DNA of 37,259 nucleotides from an uncultured Bacilli bacterium (GTDB lineage Bacteria; Bacillota_I; Bacilli_A; RF39; UBA660): NCBI GenBank assembly GCA_934162555.1, contig CAKPJE010000001.1, positions 1 to 37,259 of the forward strand, read 5' to 3'. Shown piece by piece: positions 37,100 to 37,259 of this stretch (position 1 is its first letter; each line of letters starts with the position of its first letter). The notes under the pieces were generated by a model. It saw only the letters and a program-made list of their open reading frames with translations, ran no database searches and was not told where the DNA came from. The position numbers and the translations under genes were made by a program.

Positions 37100-37259
37100 A
37101 CATTACATCCTTTCCTTATCTTTTTACCACAAAAAAACGGACCAGTATCTATATACTCTCTCATTCCAATAAAGTTATCAACAAAAATTTTATTTTTTCT
37201 ATTTTTTAGTAATACATGTATGTATGTATTAGGTCAAACATGTTATCAACAAACCTTTC

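Noticed and set aside
1-37259. Prophage, transposon, integron or defence-island content
   Set aside because: I found no integrase, transposase, recombinase, terminal inverted repeats, tRNA/tmRNA attachment site, restriction-modification, Cas or toxin-antitoxin-like protein genes among the ORFs. The accessory content is limited to the LRR family, the bacteriocin cassette and a few orphan genes.

Overview
This is a very AT-rich chromosomal segment from a spore-forming, low-GC Bacillota-type bacterium. It uses the standard genetic code: TGA is a stop and TGG encodes Trp. Almost every gene lies on the minus strand.

The backbone is housekeeping and sporulation genes in Bacillus-like synteny blocks:
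- pepF (partial) and spoVB-like
- leuS with a Leu T-box
- spoIIGA-sigE
- recD2, mtaB, rsmE, trxA, cvpA
- tsf and rpsB
- ileS with an Ile T-box
- divIVA and sepF
- rsmD and a ylbD/ylbE-like pair

Accessory genes are inserted into this backbone, with no visible transposase, integrase or phage gene.

1. Five large paralogous secreted proteins carry a TasA/camelysin-style (SipW-type) signal peptide and N-terminal module, fused to 8-10 copies of a 25-aa BspA/DUF285-type leucine-rich repeat. Three sit in tandem at 2461-7538; two are dispersed at 16212-18008 and 35288-37099. A 172-aa stand-alone copy of the N-terminal module alone lies at 26442-26960.

2. A compact bacteriocin-type cassette lies at 29094-32188. 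It encodes a C39-peptidase ABC exporter, a 127-aa single-TM protein, and a 121-aa soluble protein. Between the last two are two double-glycine-leader peptide genes (48 and 52 aa) that I found by hand translation because they fall below the ORF-track size cutoff.

3. An orphan 575-aa polytopic membrane protein with an internal duplication is the only substantial plus-strand accessory gene.

Other points worth a look:
- rpsB has a ~100-aa K/E-rich C-terminal extension ending in a Rho-N/SAP-like motif.
- The rpsB-ileS spacer contains a 23-bp tandem repeat and palindromes.
- A ~300-nt hairpin-rich ORF-free region lies between leuS and sigE.

All family names come from my own recognition of motifs; no database search was possible.
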